In this document: positions 63,409 to 64,000 of the stretch, piece after piece
Position numbering within the stretch: the stretch's first letter is position 1
Layout: the number at the start of each line of letters is the position of its first letter
Made by a program: the position numbers and the translations under genes
The notes under the pieces: model-generated
What the model was told of the DNA's origin: nothing
What the model saw: only the letters and a program-made list of their open reading frames with translations
The model's database searches: none
Assembly: GCA_036172245.1 (NCBI GenBank)
Contig: JAYWIR010000004.1
Span: 3,596,001-3,660,000 of the forward strand
Direction of reading: 5' to 3'
Source: Raillietiella orientalis
Taxonomy: Eukaryota
DNA length: 64,000 nucleotides

Positions 63409-64000
63409 GTGAATGACATGAAATACGAGATCATCGACTACTATCAAATTACAATAAAGATAATCAGAGATCGTTACTTGGAAATCTCTAGTGCTTAGGA
63501 GCTTGATGACGACTTGATCGTATCCTTTTCTTTCACTCTAGTATCTTGGGTTCCTCTAGTAGTGCCATACCTAGAGGTTGTTCTAGGTTGCTCCAGTTGC
63601 ATCCGTAGATGCATTATGCGTTTCTTACCATAGCTCTCAAATTAAATCCTTGGATGGTGTAGTAGCCTTCTCTTTTGCATGATTGCTGATTTTTAGACGA
63701 GCAAATCAATTTTCATATTGATCGTATGCATTTTACATATGCTTCCACTATCTGGATAGAAATCAGCTTTGTGATCTTTTATTTGGTTTGTTGTTTAGTA
63801 GGAAGCAAGCCGGCTCTGAGGTCTGTTCGGTTGCAGCTACTCCTCGTTAGTTTGTACATTTAGGAAAATTCTGAGGATTTCAGAATTCGGTGAAACTGGT
63901 TCCTGCCGTCATTCCAAGCCATAAAAATCCATAACAAATTTCCATTTAATTATTTAATTATTATTTTGAAAGCAAATATTCGTTTTGATCTTTGAATTTC

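Overview
Eukaryotic (animal-like invertebrate) genomic DNA; the species cannot be determined from the sequence. Two spliced genes are well supported. (1) A compact 4-exon 40S ribosomal protein S20/uS10 gene at 2944-3640 (+) with 37- and 48-nt introns. (2) A secreted, catalytically inactive cathepsin-B-family gene of the TINAG/TINAGL1/Swim type on the + strand, starting at 37730, with a 52-nt exon at 45685, exons at 60260 and 60788, a probable exon at 63331, and continuing past the window end. Most remaining sequence, including both large introns, is very decayed transposon DNA recognisable only by residual motifs: a near full-length RTE-like LINE at ~15.75-18.7 kb, many other LINE fragments, a Penelope-like remnant and hAT remnants. 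Nearly all ORFs in the supplied track are spurious. Notable structures are a 627-bp perfect inverted duplication of dead LINE sequence bracketing RPS20 and set inside an older diverged homolog, a tRNA-like head joined to a GC-rich mini-hairpin minisatellite, and a 1.15-kb intronic element with ~136-140-bp inverted repeats. TE calls were made by eye from motif resemblance, have approximate boundaries, and need profile searches. I did not find a clearly novel multi-gene system.
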